Part shown: positions 25,553-40,227 of the stretch, piece by piece
Layout: each line of letters starts with the position of its first letter
Position numbering within the stretch: position 1 is the stretch's first letter
NCBI GenBank assembly: GCA_043228905.1
Contig: JBHGNT010000020.1
Span: 14,508,001 to 14,572,000, forward strand
Reading direction: 5' to 3'
Source: Azolla caroliniana
Lineage: Eukaryota > Plantae > Polypodiophyta
Length of the DNA stretch: 64,000 bases
The notes under the pieces: model-generated
Told to the model about the DNA's origin: nothing
Database searches by the model: none
What the model saw: only the letters and a program-made list of their open reading frames with translations
Translations under genes and position numbers: made by a program

Positions 25553-25820
25553 AGATACGTAATCGAGGTATATACCTCTACGCACACGAAACATCCACAA
25601 ATAAGAGATCATCGTAATACGCAATGGAGGTATTGACCTCTTATGCATACGAGACCAAACGCATATCGTTTACAACAAATCAAGGTATTAAACTCATACG
25701 CAAACGTAACATATGTTCGTGAACGTAATACGTAATTGAGGTATTAACCTCGTACGCATACGACACTCATCACATATTATTAATATGTCAAACGAGGTAT
25801 TGACCTCGTGCACATATGTA
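25553..25820. repeat. Five degenerate ~56-62-bp units, each with a GAGGT-N4-ACCTC palindrome, in the gypsy 5' leader
   Basis: Cores at about 25565, 25627, 25682 (degenerate), 25738 and 25794. Confidence 0.7.
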
Positions 25821-27990
25821 AACGTTTTAGATAATCAATTAAAGACCACTACAACATCATTGACTTAATGAAAAAAATTACATATAAACTAAACACATGA
25901 TTAGATGGGAGAAGAGAGAATAGAAAGAAAAATTATGGAAAGAGTTACCGAAGTTCTTTGTTGATCGTTGTCTGGATCAAGGCCAACCGCACAACGATCG
26001 ATCAGCATCAATCAAAAGACAAATGAAAAACAAAGAAACATTAGTACAAAAATCTGATACCAAATATTATAGATCTAAGTACTAATGTAAGCTTAACATA
26101 AGGATAAAGAAATGAAAGATAGAAAGGAGAAAGAGAAAGAAGGGTGCCGATCCACCCGACCACCCCCGAGTGAAGGGATCGAGACGGACTCGAGCCTCGA
26201 TCGGCGTCCCATACCACCGTCGTGGCGTCGAGTCGTACCTGGTGCTGGCGCGCTCGCTACAAGAGTTGACCCACCACACGAGCAGAGTCTCGATGTAGTC
26301 AAAAGATGATCAAATGAGGGTAGCTAGGCCTCTTATTTATAGCGATACCCAAGGCCCCCAGGCAAGTTCACACTTGACCTAATGGGTTGTCTCAATCCCG
26401 AGGATTAAAAGTAATCCTCCCCTTCTTTACACTCTCGTTTAACCCTCACACTTATCCATGTGTATAGAATACTACGGTAAATTCTCACCACGGGATATTA
26501 ATATTATATGGTCATGCCCGTAACAGATTGGCTAATCAAGTCAACTAGAATATTTTGTGGGCAAGTTACGATGTACTTAGTCTTGAAGTATGCGGCGTTG
26601 ACTTCAAGATAAGTACTATCTAGCACTAGCCTGTACCTAGGGAGTTGGTCATATTAAATGACAAGTCAGTTGACAGAAAAGGAATATCTCCACTACTATC
26701 AACCGACTTGCACATTTAATGTTATACTTAGACCAAACATAGAAAGCAATCTACTTTCTTTTCACAGTTGTTGGCTTGATTATCAATCCCCACTAATTTT
26801 GTAGTGAGATGGTCCATATCCTATCTAAGCTCTAAGGTGTGTGCATGGGAAAAACTACCATTGTGAGCTACTCTCATATGTAATAGAAGTTTTGTTTTCA
26901 TATATCCCATCTCTGTAGTTGTAACTCTATATAGCTATCTAATCGATTCTCAATATTTCTAACAAATGTTTGTGTGTCAAAAGTATTATGTCAAGGTGGG
27001 TATCGACACATAATCTAACCAAAACCATTATTGAGGGAGAGGAGAATAGTAGGGTTCCAGTCTCACATAATATGTCAAGATGGGTATCTCCAAATAATCT
27101 AAACAAAACCATTAATGAGTGAGAGGAGAATAGTAAGCTTTGTCCTAGTCTCAAGCAAGTGGATAGCAAACCATGTCAAAATTTATTGTGAATGTGTGCG
27201 TCATCTCAAAAACTACAATGCTATGGGGTTTCCTCGTTGATCGATTGAAAAATACGGTCCTACAAATCATTTACCATACCTCGTGAGTCATGACTCAAAG
27301 TGGAAGGAGGTTAAAGATGTTTGCACTTTGTTGCTATAACTTATAGGATATAGGGGCATGCTAACTTCCTGTCCAATGCTAATCTATTGTTAAGGTGTGA
27401 AGCTATTATGTTCTTTGAATTGTGAACATCTATTTTATCATTCCTTTAATATTGAAATTAAGATATCGATCTCTATAATTGAGAATTTCTATCCAATTAA
27501 GTGTTATAACTCAATCGTTGGTTCCTATCCAATGTTAGATTTACTTGCAACATAATGGAGCACTGTAGTTTCTATCTAACTAATTATTTTAGTTGCTACC
27601 TAAGAAATTCTTTTAATTCAATCCATTTGGTTGTTATATCTACCTACGCAATTTAAATTTTAGTTTAATTTCTATGATCATCCTTCTTTTTCCTCTACGG
27701 TTTGTTGGTGGAAAAGCTAAGCTATTCAATCAGTGCACGTATCTAAATTGATATAACGTAAAAAGTAAAGTATCTTTTTGAGCGTTTATTCACTTAGTTT
27801 TATATTAGAAACAATATTTTTATTCATGAAAATACATGGTAAAAAATAAAGTATCTTTTTGTGCATTTATGTATGTACTTAGTTTTTATTTACAATATTA
27901 CATGCTTGACCATGGTTGAAAGAAAGAACATTATTATATCAAGCAAATTGCTAGATACAGCTAAGTTTTGGTACTTCTCCACATTTTTCT

Positions 27991-30900
27991 TCATCGAACT
28001 TGCAAATTTGAATATATTAATGACATTTCATTAGTGGTCATTGGCATGGATTCGTAATTTGATTCCATTCTTATGGCCTCCCCTAGGTCATTACAAACAC
28101 TATCCATTGTAGGTCTCTTTATTCCTTCAAATTCGACACATGCCATGGCGATCTCTGCCACTTTCCATACAGAAGACACATTATACTCATTTTCAAATCG
28201 TTTATCCACAACATTTTCTATCATTCCTCTGTCGTATGAAGGTTTTACCTGTGTAGCAACAAAAAATTTATAAGTTTACTGAAACTTTAATATTTAATAA
28301 GACATAAAAATGTCTCAAGTGGTTTGTTATCATACCCAGTCTATGATGTGCATATCTTCAGTTTTTGTTTCTGGATCTTTAAGAATGGGTCGTTGTCCAC
28401 ATAAAGCTTCAAGGAGAACCACCCCAAAACTATATACGTCAACTTTTTCTGTCAATTGTAATTTGGATGCATACCTATGTCATAAAAAAACTTTTGAAGA
28501 TAAACATAAATTGACTATGATCGAGGAAGTATGACTAAGATAATAAAGAGGTAGGTTATTAATGGTGTTAAAAAACAACTAGTTATCACAATCATGAACT
28601 CAAATCTTACTCGGGATCTATGTATCCTGGAGTACCAACAAGCCTTGTTGTTGGATTATCACCATTACTGGATGTAAGTTTTGATATTCCAAAATCAGAC
28701 ACCTTCCCTTCTAGATTCCTGGATAATAAAATATTACTACTCTTCACATCTCTATGAATTATATTGCATCCGTAGTGTAGATATGCAAGGCCTACACACA
28801 TAAAAAAAAATTATTTCAACATAAATTATTTTCATAATTTATATGTTAATAAAAAAAATTTGTTACCTTGTGCTGCATCAGATAAAATTTGTAATCTCTC
28901 ACGCCATCTCAAAGTTTCTGATGCATTTCTTCCTTTTAAATTGGGAACAAAAATATATTATTAGATGGAAAAGAACCTTTAATTAAGTGTTTTTTATGTA
29001 GACTAGGTCTTTTTAGTCTTATGTGTATAGAAAACTATTCCAGTTTTTACCATATATTAGAAATCTAGTGCATTGAAGGACATTCTAATGCCACCATGAA
29101 TCTAATACATTATGAGAGATTTTAATAAAGTAGTCATCATTTTTAAAATCTTACTTGAAAGCGCATCATGCAATGAGCCATTTGACATAAATTCATAAAC
29201 CAGCACCAATGATTTCTCTATGGAATAACCCACAAATCCGACAAGGTTCCTATGATGAACACGAGATAGGAGAGTGACCTGGGATTCAAGAAGGAAAAGA
29301 TAATTTCACAAAAATGTGAAGGTAACACATGTTAACACACATACAATAAAAATAACTTAAAACTATTTGAAATTTACAATAATTAAATAATTAATGATTG
29401 CAACAAATCATACATTGATAATGCATAGGCTTTTCGGATATCCCTAAATTTAAGCCACTAGAAGATGTTATTTTAGATAAGAATATCGTAACGTTTAATA
29501 TGTAATCTTATACATACTTGCATTAATGCAACATTCCACAATATTAAGGATATCCCTAAACTTAAGCCACTAGAAGATGTTATTTTAGCTAAAAATATCG
29601 TAACGTTTAATATGTAATCTTTTACATACTTGCATTAATGCAACATTCCACAATATCAATAATATCCTCGAGCGTTAAACATGATAACCCCCGTGTGATC
29701 GCAATGTGGCTATTATGCATGATAGCCAAATGGCAGCCATATGTGAATTCAACATTACTATATACAATAATACATATACATTATTTTCATTGTTTAACCA
29801 TTTGGTTTCAATGCCAATTTTCGAGACATTCTTGTAAATATTGTCCTCTTGTTCATAATACAAACTCCTTTCCTAGCTCATCTTACTCACTTTTCTTCTT
29901 CCTTTCCTTGTTTATGGCTCTTGATAATTTAAAGTAAAATACTTGTGTGTCTTATCATAGTTAATGTGGCTAACAACTAAATTTGTAGCACTAGATAAAT
30001 AAAATTAATGATTCTTGAGAACATGCAACAATTGAAGGCTAAGATGCAACAACATAAGTTATCTCATGAATTCAATCTCCTCGTGAGAATAGACTAGGAA
30101 TCAATTACAATTTCAAGGATATTGTTTAATCGAGTGCACCACTAATTCATTTAAAGAGTTAAGCCATGATCTCATATCCTCCATTTAACTCGGCAAATTT
30201 GTTTTTGCCTAATGAGATTAATCAACATCTTGGATATAATCTATCTTAGAATGCTTCAACCAAACATGGTCATATGAATAAGGTATAATATGTTCCAAAA
30301 AAATTGTTCTTTTAAAGCTATCCCGAGTAGTTTCCTACCTACAAGTTGGTTTTGGGTAAACTTCATCAAAATACATTGGTTTCTTCCTTCGAGGATTTGG
30401 GATTGAAGTAGGGACCTAGTTGATGGGGTTTGCTTGTTAATTACGTATTTTGATCTATTAATCACCATGCCCATGATGTTCTTGAGAGAGATTGAGTGTG
30501 GAATCCTTTGAGGACATCACACATCTAAATTGCTTCTAGATGGACTAATGTCCCAACAAGGGGAAAATGGTAATTGTTCATGTAGGTTAAGTGTTTTCTC
30601 AAAATTGATGATCTCCGAGGAGCTAAAAAATCCTCTTGGTGGCAAAATTCATTAGGAATTATCTTCTTTGTATTCTTTTCTTAGGCCATTTAAGTTATTG
30701 TAGGGAAAATCTCATCTAGGATATTTGATACCATAAGCTTTTGGCCAAAACCTTTAATTTGACAACCCTATTATAACTAGGAAAGAAAACAAGATCCTAA
30801 ATGCATAACATGCAAGAAACATTTTGTTGGAATTTGACAAAACGAAGTAAACACATATAAATGAAAAGAAATCAAATACCTCGTTGAGAAATTCTTGTGG

Positions 30901-33900
30901 CCCTTGTTGTGAAGTGTTCGATAGAACTTTAACGGCTACATCTACACCATTTGGGAGGTTTCCCTTATATACTAAGCCAAAGCCACCCCCACCAAGGACC
31001 TTCGAGAAATTATTTGTTGAAATTTGGATATCTTGATAAGTGAATTGTTGTGCAACACTAGTGGCATTTATAAGTTCTTCTTTCTTAACATTAACTATAG
31101 ATAAAATAAAATCATTTGTAAGCTTCCCTTAAAAATTTGATTGTGAAATACATTTTAAACCATTATAAGTATATTAAACCTAAATATAGACAAAGAATCA
31201 TTTGTATAAATAAAACCTAAGTGTGAATGAACAACCATACCACTAAGAACAATTAAACAACATACCTTTAGGATCAAATGAGTCACGTGTATGATTCTTT
31301 CTCCATCTAAAGGTGCATAGAATTATTATTATTATAATCATAATGAAACATAGTATTGCCCCAACACTTCCTCCAATAATGTAATGAATATGTTTGTGGT
31401 ACTCATTTAATGAGGTTGACAAACTTCCGCAAGTAGAATTACTAGCACCACAATAAAGGTTACTATTTCCTTCAAACCTGTAAATTCAAAATTTCAAACA
31501 TGTTCATGCATTTCCTTTTTAACTATAATAAAATGTATGACTTTATACAATTGATATACAATAAATTATGCTTGCTAGTTTTTTCAATCTATGCATATTT
31601 CATATATAATCCACAAATTCATATAAGAAGACCAACACTAGTAAAAACTTGAGTATTATGCAATATAATTCCAAATGCTTTGACTTTTGTACTAAACTAT
31701 ATTTATGATTTTGCATGTTAAACAATATTATTGACTTCTTGAGTTTATACCATTGTTTATCTTCTTGTCCTAGAATGATTGTTTGTACCTCGTAATTATG
31801 ACCGCCGAAAGAGCTAACATACTCGCACATGTTAGCACCTAAACATCTAACTATTCGTAGGACAATAATCTAGTACTTAGATGTGGATTAATCACATGCT
31901 TGGTATCACCATACTATACTAATCATACACCATATTATATCGTTCCCACGTGAGGGCTCACTTACCCGATGAGAATAAACATTTATCTTTTCCCTTGTGG
32001 CTTGCATGCATGGGTTTTATAGTTGAAAGGTAAACAAACTACAACCAATGTATATGAATGGCTTTTATATCTAAAAGGGAATCAGACTACAAGCAATGTG
32101 TATTTACTTCTATACTGAAAGAGATGTGATGGATGGAGTAGTTAGTTCCAAAACACTAAGGGAGTGGGTTGTTGTGTGAGGAGAGAGAAAGCAGAAAAAA
32201 CTATAGCCGCTTAGAGTGACTTTTAGGTCATTTTGGCAATGTTCATGTTCACATACTGCCAATGACCAATAATAATACCCCTCAAATTGGGCTTTCATAT
32301 GGAAGTGTCAAAATATACTAAAACAAGAGAGTCCTTTGGGCCTTTATCCCCAAGATATCCTACCCTAATTAATGTTTAAAATATTGGATCTCCCTAAAGG
32401 GGTTTCTTTCCAACCACAACTCCCGACTCTCTACTCCTTTATATCCATGTACATATTTGCAAGAGTGGCCTACATTTCATTAGCATGTATTTTGGTCGAG
32501 GAAATTGTAGGTGCCTATTCATGTTGCCATCAATGAATGTTGGACACTGCAAAACACCACCTTGTCCTTTGAATTAGCTATTCAGGCATTATATAACATT
32601 TTCTTAGAAGTTATACCACTGATTTCTTCTAGATTGTTTTGACAACCCCAATTAAAATGAGTCAAAAGGGAGGTTGTATGTACCATGTATAAACATGTGG
32701 ACAAAAGAAGTGTGAAAGGTTGGAATAAAATATCAAGGAGCATAAATCATGCAAATACACTCTAAGCAACCTTGTAAATAAGATCATTGAATGTTGTGCT
32801 TATTTTACAATAATTCCACTAAGACTCATAATGGTGGGGTAATGGCATAATGGGGCATAGACTAGAGGTCATGTTCGCTCATGACCACTAAGCTCACCAA
32901 ATTGAGTGACCCATTCTAACTACACCAAAACAATGATGATTAAAAAAGGGCTTAAACTCCTTTTCCTACCTTGATAAATTAACTAGGTGAACATAATAAC
33001 CCTGATGGACATTGATGCAATGATTATAATCCTTTCCTTCAAAATGTGGGTTACCTTTCAACATTGCAATGATACTCTATGAGAATTTGAAGGTACAACA
33101 CCCAATTCTCTATGTTCATTTTTGTTTCAAATGAAACGATGCAGGAAAAACCTTTGTCCATGCAAGAATAATGCCTCCAAGAGGATTATATGAATCTTAT
33201 ATCTCAAGAAAAGGTTTGTGCCAAGAAATCAAGTTCATGGTACCACCTAGTACCCATGCAATCTATTTTCAAACGAGTGATGCATGTTGACGAGAATGAT
33301 TAGGGAGGCATTTAGGGAACACCTAAGGAGGCCTAACTTTAGACCAAGACCCTAGGCCGAAATGAAAATTACATGTGCAATTAGGATAGAATCAAATACA
33401 CCTACTTACAATACCATCCCTACACATGCACAAAGGTGAACCAAAATAGCCAAGTGGGTTAATGTACATTGAGTGAACGACGAACGAGAGGGAAAGGGCA
33501 ATGAATCAACATGCAACATGACTTTACAAAGGCAAACAGAAATAACTGAGTGAGTTAATATACATGGAGTCATAGAGAAAAGAGAGGGAAATGGCACTAA
33601 AGCAACATGATGTGTTTGGAAATGATTAACGATTGCATAATGTTGCCATAAAGGTATAACCTAGAACTTTTTGTTTCCCTAATGATTGCAAGATCCGTGC
33701 TGCAACTAAATCATGTGGGTAACACCACATGCTAAATAATCACCCTCACAAGGATGTTCAGCTTTGCACCATGCATGAGTCGGAGGCTTTAGCATAAGGA
33801 AACCAAATCTTGATAAAACCTTGAAAGGGGGTTGACAAGAATAAAAGACCGTCGATCCCTTAGACATGAACTTGAAGCCATTATACCGACATGCCATATA

Positions 33901-36900
33901 GTGAATTGGAACAATTGGTTAAAATGTGAGTGTGTCATTATATGAACATGCCATTCAGTGAATTGGAACAAATGGTTGAAGTGTGGGCGCCCAAATGAGT
34001 TACTTCCGTATAGGAAATGTTCAAGCTCAATGATAGATAGCAAAAGAGAACGTCAAAGTACACCTACTCCCCAACCAAGGGTTACCACCAATTGCATTCG
34101 CCACAATGTCGAGGTGTTTCAATTGGAGCTGCACCTATGGATCCTACCAATCATGGAACAAGAGATATTATCACAAATTGACCGACAGGTATCATGAGTA
34201 CTTTCGAATCCAAACACGTTAATCTAAGCAAACTTGTTCCTCTTGCTGACAACTAGGAGAAGGTTGCGTAAATCATAGGACCTTTGTTGTTCGAGAGTAT
34301 GTTAACTAGTAGTGCCAAGTGAGCGTCCATTTATGATATCTAGTTTTACCATGTTTTTTGCTAGTTATTTTCGAGATACACCTCCTAAATCTCCCTATTT
34401 TGTTTCCACCTTTTCCACCTTTTGAATTCCTTTTCACTTTTTCCCTACTCATTGTTGTCACTTCAATTATTTCCATGCCTTCATTCTTTTCATTCTCCTC
34501 ATCTTTCTTGGATTTCCCACCACACTTCCATAGCTTTCTCTTTTCCTTCCATTGTAACTACATTGCTCCACTCTTCCCCATCTAATTCCTCGTACCCAAT
34601 ATCCTTCTCCCATTCCTTGCAACAACCCCTCGGGAGCTCCTTATCATCACGAGTTTTTCATCGACTAGGCCCTTGTGATGGCGACCCACTTTCATACCAC
34701 AAGAGCACGCGACCGACCATGCACCATATTGATTACCCCGCTCAAGGACTTGGATAAACTCATGCTTTGTCTCAATTGAGATTACATGAAAGTTTGATTA
34801 GACCCAGCGTTGAATTACATGAGTGGCGATTGCTCCATGATGACCCAATTTCCACAAAGGGTTGAATTGTATGAATTAGGCAGCAATGGCTAATCTTGGA
34901 CTTCTTACTGGCTTCTTAGTATGATTGATATTTAATGTGTCAAAAAAGTACAAACTGAGTCCAATAAGGAAATGGATATCAATTTTATACTATGAGGACT
35001 AGGCGGGGGAGGGTGTTCCACTTCCATATGATAATTCAATCCACATAATTTGAGGCTAATTCACCAAATTATGGAAATTTTGCTGTCTTATGGCCCATGT
35101 TCAATTTGATTTGAATTATAATGCTAGAAGAGAAGTGTATTAACAATGAATTAGACATTTTCCAAGTCGATTACTGTTTGATTTACATTCTTGTTTAGGG
35201 TTGGCTGCTATATTCTGGCATTCCTACAGACCAGACGTGTGAGAAACTCCTGGAGAAGTGTAGGATTACGAGAAACATTAACACTAGCAAAATGTCAGGC
35301 ATTTTGACCGTTTTGCAGGAATGTCAATATTTTCTCCAAACATTTTTTGTACATTGACATTTCCTTCCTGTACTTATTTCTAACTAGATTGAATTGTCGA
35401 AAATAACAGATTTCTTGGTGACTAAAGTAAGGCTCACGATCATTTAAAAGACTCGACATACCTGAAATCTAGCCCTTCTTTTTGTAGTAATGCCGGTGGT
35501 ATCGTCCCACTAAAGTGATTGTTTGCCAAGTTACTAGGCCAACGTTTAAAAACAGCGAACAACATTAAACAGATTCATAGTAAATCGAAATTTGAGTGTA
35601 CGAGCTAAGGTTTCATGTGCATTTTGATGGGAGAAAAACAATTCGACATTTTCATACTTACAGGTATATTAATCTCGTCAAATTTGAAAGCGAGTCAGGG
35701 ATTTCACCGCTCAAATTGTTGTTGCTTAAATCCCTGCATTATTGTTACATCTTCTATTTACTTTGGTAAATCTGAGAGTGAAGCATTCATGGATTGAACG
35801 GTTCAAATTATATCCTCTAAATGATTTTCCTAAAAGGTTTACAAAGATAGTCTCCCAATGATTTATTTATGCAAGTGCCATGGGGCTTTCAGTTCTAGTT
35901 TTTGGCATTAGTGTAGGGTTGAATTTCTATAAAGTTTGGCAAACCTCCTTGCAACTTATCATGATCAAACAAACTATGCATGACAAAACAGTGACATACT
36001 TCCTATTTATTTCTTCGACAGGATGAATGATTATACAAGTACTTATCATACATCCAATTAGTGAGATCATCTTACAATATAACAAGTTCATTCAGCCTAC
36101 TGATGCTGCTGGGAAGAGTTCCCATTAAACCATAATCAGATAGGGATCTGCATGAATATGAAACAAGAGCACGATGAGATTAATACAATCCCGTATCATT
36201 CCATATAATCATGATGTCCAAGAAACTCTAACTTCAAATACATCTTTGTTACTCGAGGTAGACTTTGGTTCGTATCGTCACAATCGATCCACGGGTACTC
36301 GTATAGTCGTGGCAAGCATGGGTCGCCAATAAAGTTTAGTAAGCTAGGAAATGTACTGCTGATTAAATCTCGTATAGCCAGAACTGTAGTTGATAATTGC
36401 AAAGGAATAGGGTGTATTAAGCAGCTAAGATTCATGACATGCAGTTATAGGTTATAATGTTCATAACTAATCATTGTAGTCTAGTCAATGTGGATGCTAA
36501 GGGGGCAGCATTGGACCTACCGTCAGTAGAGGAGGTGGGACTAGTGTCATTCATGGGGTTATCGAACAGCTGCAAGATTTCGACTGCGGCTATGGCAGGA
36601 CCATAGAGTGAGCCAGGCAAGGCTTGAGTAGCATTAATTACAATGTTGTCTGTGTAAGGTCCCAAGGGTTTACTACTGTTTGGGTTGATCTCAACCCCTT
36701 TATAGAGGCTAGACGCTAATTTGAAGATGTCGACGGCATGGTGAAAGAGCTCCTGATTTATGGTCACGTCGAACACACGCCTGCCGGTGCCATTGCAATG
36801 TGAATCGGACTCGAAGAACCATAAGACCACGTAGTAACTGTGGCTGCCGATCCATGTGCCACTATTCAATGTATACTGTTGTTCCTTTACATCATAGGTA

Positions 36901-38036
36901 CTATTGGTGTTTGCTATCCAACTGCTCTGCATGACGGCTTCCGGAGGGAGACCAGAAAGCCCACCTACTCGCACCGGTTCGGTCGTCTCCACTGTATGAA
37001 CATTTAGCGAATATGGATTACTCCACCACAACCTGTCAATGGTGTCATATGGATACCTGTCCCACATGAAAGAAACCGTCTTAAGACTTTTTAAGTGTGT
37101 CTCTCCATCCATCTTTCATTTCATAAGGATGGTGTTGGAACTGAGATTTAATTACTCACCTTACTATGGTTGGGTGGATCGAATCTGTGGAATTGAAGTA
37201 TTTCCGATCCACTGCTCGCAATGCAATGTTAGAAGCATTGATGAACTTCACCGAGCTCATATTCGATGGCAGCGGACGCAACTCCAAGGAGTTTATGAAG
37301 GGCGGATCGCTACTGCCTGATGCAGCCGACAGACACACGGACACAGACGAGCTTCCGGTGAGTGCGCGGACATACATCTCTTCGAACCATGGATTGAGCT
37401 GAGGCAAATCAATGAGAATCTCCACGCCTTCATATGTGTCCACGATCATGTGGAAGCTAATCTGATTGCGTGTGCGTATCGCATAAAACAGGGCGGTCGA
37501 TGGGCCATACCAAAAGGAAGCACGGATCAAGTAGTAGTTTCCGGCTATGGCGGGCAGGGTGTAGCAGAACTTGCTCTGGTTCATGGCCTTATTAGCGAGG
37601 AAATATCGCAGCGTGGTCAAATGTACCAGATCACCTGTCATGGTAGTGGGTGGGTTCACTAAACGGGTGAAGGACCACTTCTTAATCTCTGGCCACTTCA
37701 GTGTGTCCGACGTCCAATTTATCATGTCGTCGCTTGTGTAATTTTCCTCTCCCCCACAATCGATACTTAAGAACCCTAGAGCAACATAAACTTGTCAGAA
37801 GCATTATTGAATGAATTAAGATCCTACAAATGAAATCTAGAGACCATACACATCTTTGGATTAGTGTATATGTATATCAATCAAACTGAGCTTTAATTTA
37901 TATATATACACCCACCGGGTTCTTGAGCCATCGTGCAGTAAGGGAGGAGTATCTCATTGGTGGTAACTAGAACCACAATTAATAGAAGAAGAACATTAAT
38001 CCATGTACAATCTGGGCTACCAGAGAGTGAGACCAT
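27991..38036 (-). CDS. Intact malectin-like/LRR receptor-like kinase (LRR-I type), 14 exons, ~941 aa
   Basis: Exons 38036-37916, 37775-37160, 37056-36521, 36383-36242, 36147-36076, 35733-35662, 35533-35462, 31477-31266, 31094-30880, 29278-29155, 28932-28867, 28791-28611, 28474-28336 and 28248-27991 are all GT-AG and total 2826 nt in frame. Signal peptide, [17 protein letters not shown], three 72-bp LRR exons, TM segment and VAVK/HRD/DFG motifs are present. Confidence 0.92.
29436..29656. repeat. ~112-bp tandem duplication in an RLK intron
   Basis: GGATATCCCTAAA...GCAACATTCCACAATAT occurs twice head-to-tail. Confidence 0.85.
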
Positions 38037-39699
38037 TTGGTTAGCGGTGGCAATGGAATGGAAGATTAGCTATGGATGCAAATAGATCATTCCGAGAACT
38101 AATAATGGGGGATTTCACCTTCTTCTTCGGACATAGAAACAGCTATTGAAGTGTCCATTGCCCCCACAAAAGCTTAATTTAAGAAGAAGAGAGAGTAGGT
38201 CAGTCAAAAGAGAGTATGACAGAAATGAAGGAATCCATTCGCACCATGAGAAGCTCTTATGGTTTTTTCTCTATTCTACACACACACACTCTCTCTCTCT
38301 CTCATACTTTCCCAAAACACGACCAATGGGGGACTTAAGTCCATCATATCTGCAGTGAAGTGAACTGACCCATTGAAGAAGAATATTAAAAGAACTATGT
38401 AGTTTTGATTAAAGGAAGTATTTCTAGCCAAAATCAGAACTGGTTTTGGCACCCTGATCAAGATAACAATCAAGATAAGGCTAAGGTTGCCCTATTGCTT
38501 TTGTTCTTCAGTTCACAAAACGCCTCACTCTGCCTTATTTTGACAGGTGTATTTATTTTGGCTTGTTCAAACAAACTAAAAATCAACAATTCTGGAACTC
38601 GTTATATGTTCTATAATTTGATTTTTTTGTAAACATATTGGTATGTTTCTCTGTATATTTATCTTTTTGAACAGCCCCACATAACCTACATAAGGAAGGC
38701 AGGCCACTTGATTGATTGGTTCCATAAGGGCACATCTAGTGATTTTGGGATGAGCCAAAACTTCTCAAAATAAAAGCTTGCCTTTATGTCTGTGTCAAGA
38801 ACATTAGAATGAGTACAATCTTAGGTGAATTGTTGTGTAAAGATGTGTTACTGCATGCTCGCCTAGATGTAGAATGTTGGGTAGGAGGATAGGGTCTACT
38901 TACTACATAATATTATTGTCATCAAAATCAGAGGCATAAATTTATTAAGAGAACTTGATGGGATAGCATTAGAGTAATAGAATTTGAGAGAGCCTGAGTT
39001 TGATCCTCGCCATGGCCCCCATGTCATTGATCTGCTTGTCAATGATGTTAAGCCAAAGAGCCTCTTAAGACATTAGTTACGAGGATAAAGACAAAGTAAT
39101 ACTTTTCTTTTTCTTCTATATAAAGTATTGTATGATTTAGTGTGTGTGATATTACATTTTAGTTGTTACATTAGGTTCTTCCATTGTAACAGTCTTTTCA
39201 AAATGAAGTATAACTTGTTCTGCATTGTTATTGAATCTCTCTCTCTCTCTCTCTCTTTCTCTGTCAATCCCTTCCATTGTGTTCTAGTTTTTCCTACAGA
39301 ACCCCTCCACCGATCCTAGGCTCGGCAACAACGTTGTTGGGAGCCGATTACTTATGCCCTCTGCAGGATAGAAATCCAAAGTTTACCCTTTAATTCATTA
39401 TTTTCTGTTACTTGTCTTTCCCTCTTTATTTCCCTTCTCTCTGTTTTATTTTATCATTACCTCCTTCTGAAATCTCCATATTTAGTTTCCATCTTGTACT
39501 TACAGTTGTTTCCATCCTTTTCCCATCTTCACCTTGTAAATCTGCCATACCATCAATTTCTTCCATTTAGTGCCAGCTACCTCTGCTCTAAATGAAGGAA
39601 CAGTGTTAGGCTGCTCTAAATGAAGGAACAGTGCTAACTAGATGAAGAAGAGGTGTGGCAGGGGTTTCCGATGCAATCAATCTCCCATCTTTCAAAATA

Positions 39700-39969
39700 G
39701 GGAAACTTGGAAGTTCTTCTATTTACCAGAATGCCCCTGGAAGTTCCAAATTTACCAAACTACCCCTATGTCCAAAAAATTACACTTTATAAAGTAATTA
39801 TACACTCAAATCTACAAGCCCTATTTACCAAAGATGGAAGAAATGGACCCGAACTAGCCCTATGTATCAAAGATTTGAGTGTATAATTACTTTATAAAGT
39901 GTAATTTTTTGGACATAGGGGTAGTTTGGTAAATTTGGAACTTCCAGGGGTATCTTGGGTACTTTTCCC
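39700..39969. mobile_element. Mutator-like MITE (foldback) with 9-bp TSD
   Basis: Ends GGGAAA...TTTCCC. Perfect 80-bp inverted arms at 39734-39813 and 39871-39950. TSD TTCAAAATA at 39691-39699 and 39970-39978. Confidence 0.9.
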
Positions 39970-39997
39970 TTCAAAATATTATGTTGCCAATGTACGT

Positions 39998-40195
39998 TGT
40001 ACATATACATATACATACATACATGCATACATGCATACATACATACATATATATATATATTTATAATATATATATCATTATATGTATGTATGTATGCATG
40101 TATGCATGTATGTATGTATATGTATATATATATGGATGTATGCATGCATGCATGTATGTATGTATGTATATGTATTATATATATACATATACATA

Positions 40196-40226
<31 letters not shown>
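39998..40226. repeat. Compound (TACA)n/(TA)n/(TGTA)n microsatellite with alternating orientation
   Basis: Read directly from the sequence; it explains the spurious H/I/Y/M/C-rich ORFs in the track. Confidence 0.95.

Positions 40227-40227
<1 letters not shown>

Larger units (their letters stand above)
21244..26525 (-). mobile_element. Nested Ty3/gypsy chromovirus with internal deletion and TG...TA LTRs
   Basis: 461-bp LTRs at 26065-26525 and 21244-21704; TSD GATTG; PBS TGGTATCAGA at 26062-26053; PPT AAAGAGGGGGAGTA at 21718-21705. Confidence 0.95.
16205..26964 (+). mobile_element. Full-length decayed Ty1/copia with a gypsy nested in its 3' LTR
   Basis: 5' LTR 16205-16843; PBS TGGTATCAGAGC (tRNA-iMet) at 16844; PPT GAGGGGGCG at 21031; 3' LTR 21040-21243 plus 26526-26964; TSD AATGT on both sides. 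Confidence 0.96.

Noticed and set aside
25553-25820. CRISPR-like look of spaced palindromic repeats
   Set aside because: The repeats are degenerate, the linkers are partly homologous, there are no cas genes, and the array lies inside a retrotransposon leader in eukaryotic DNA.
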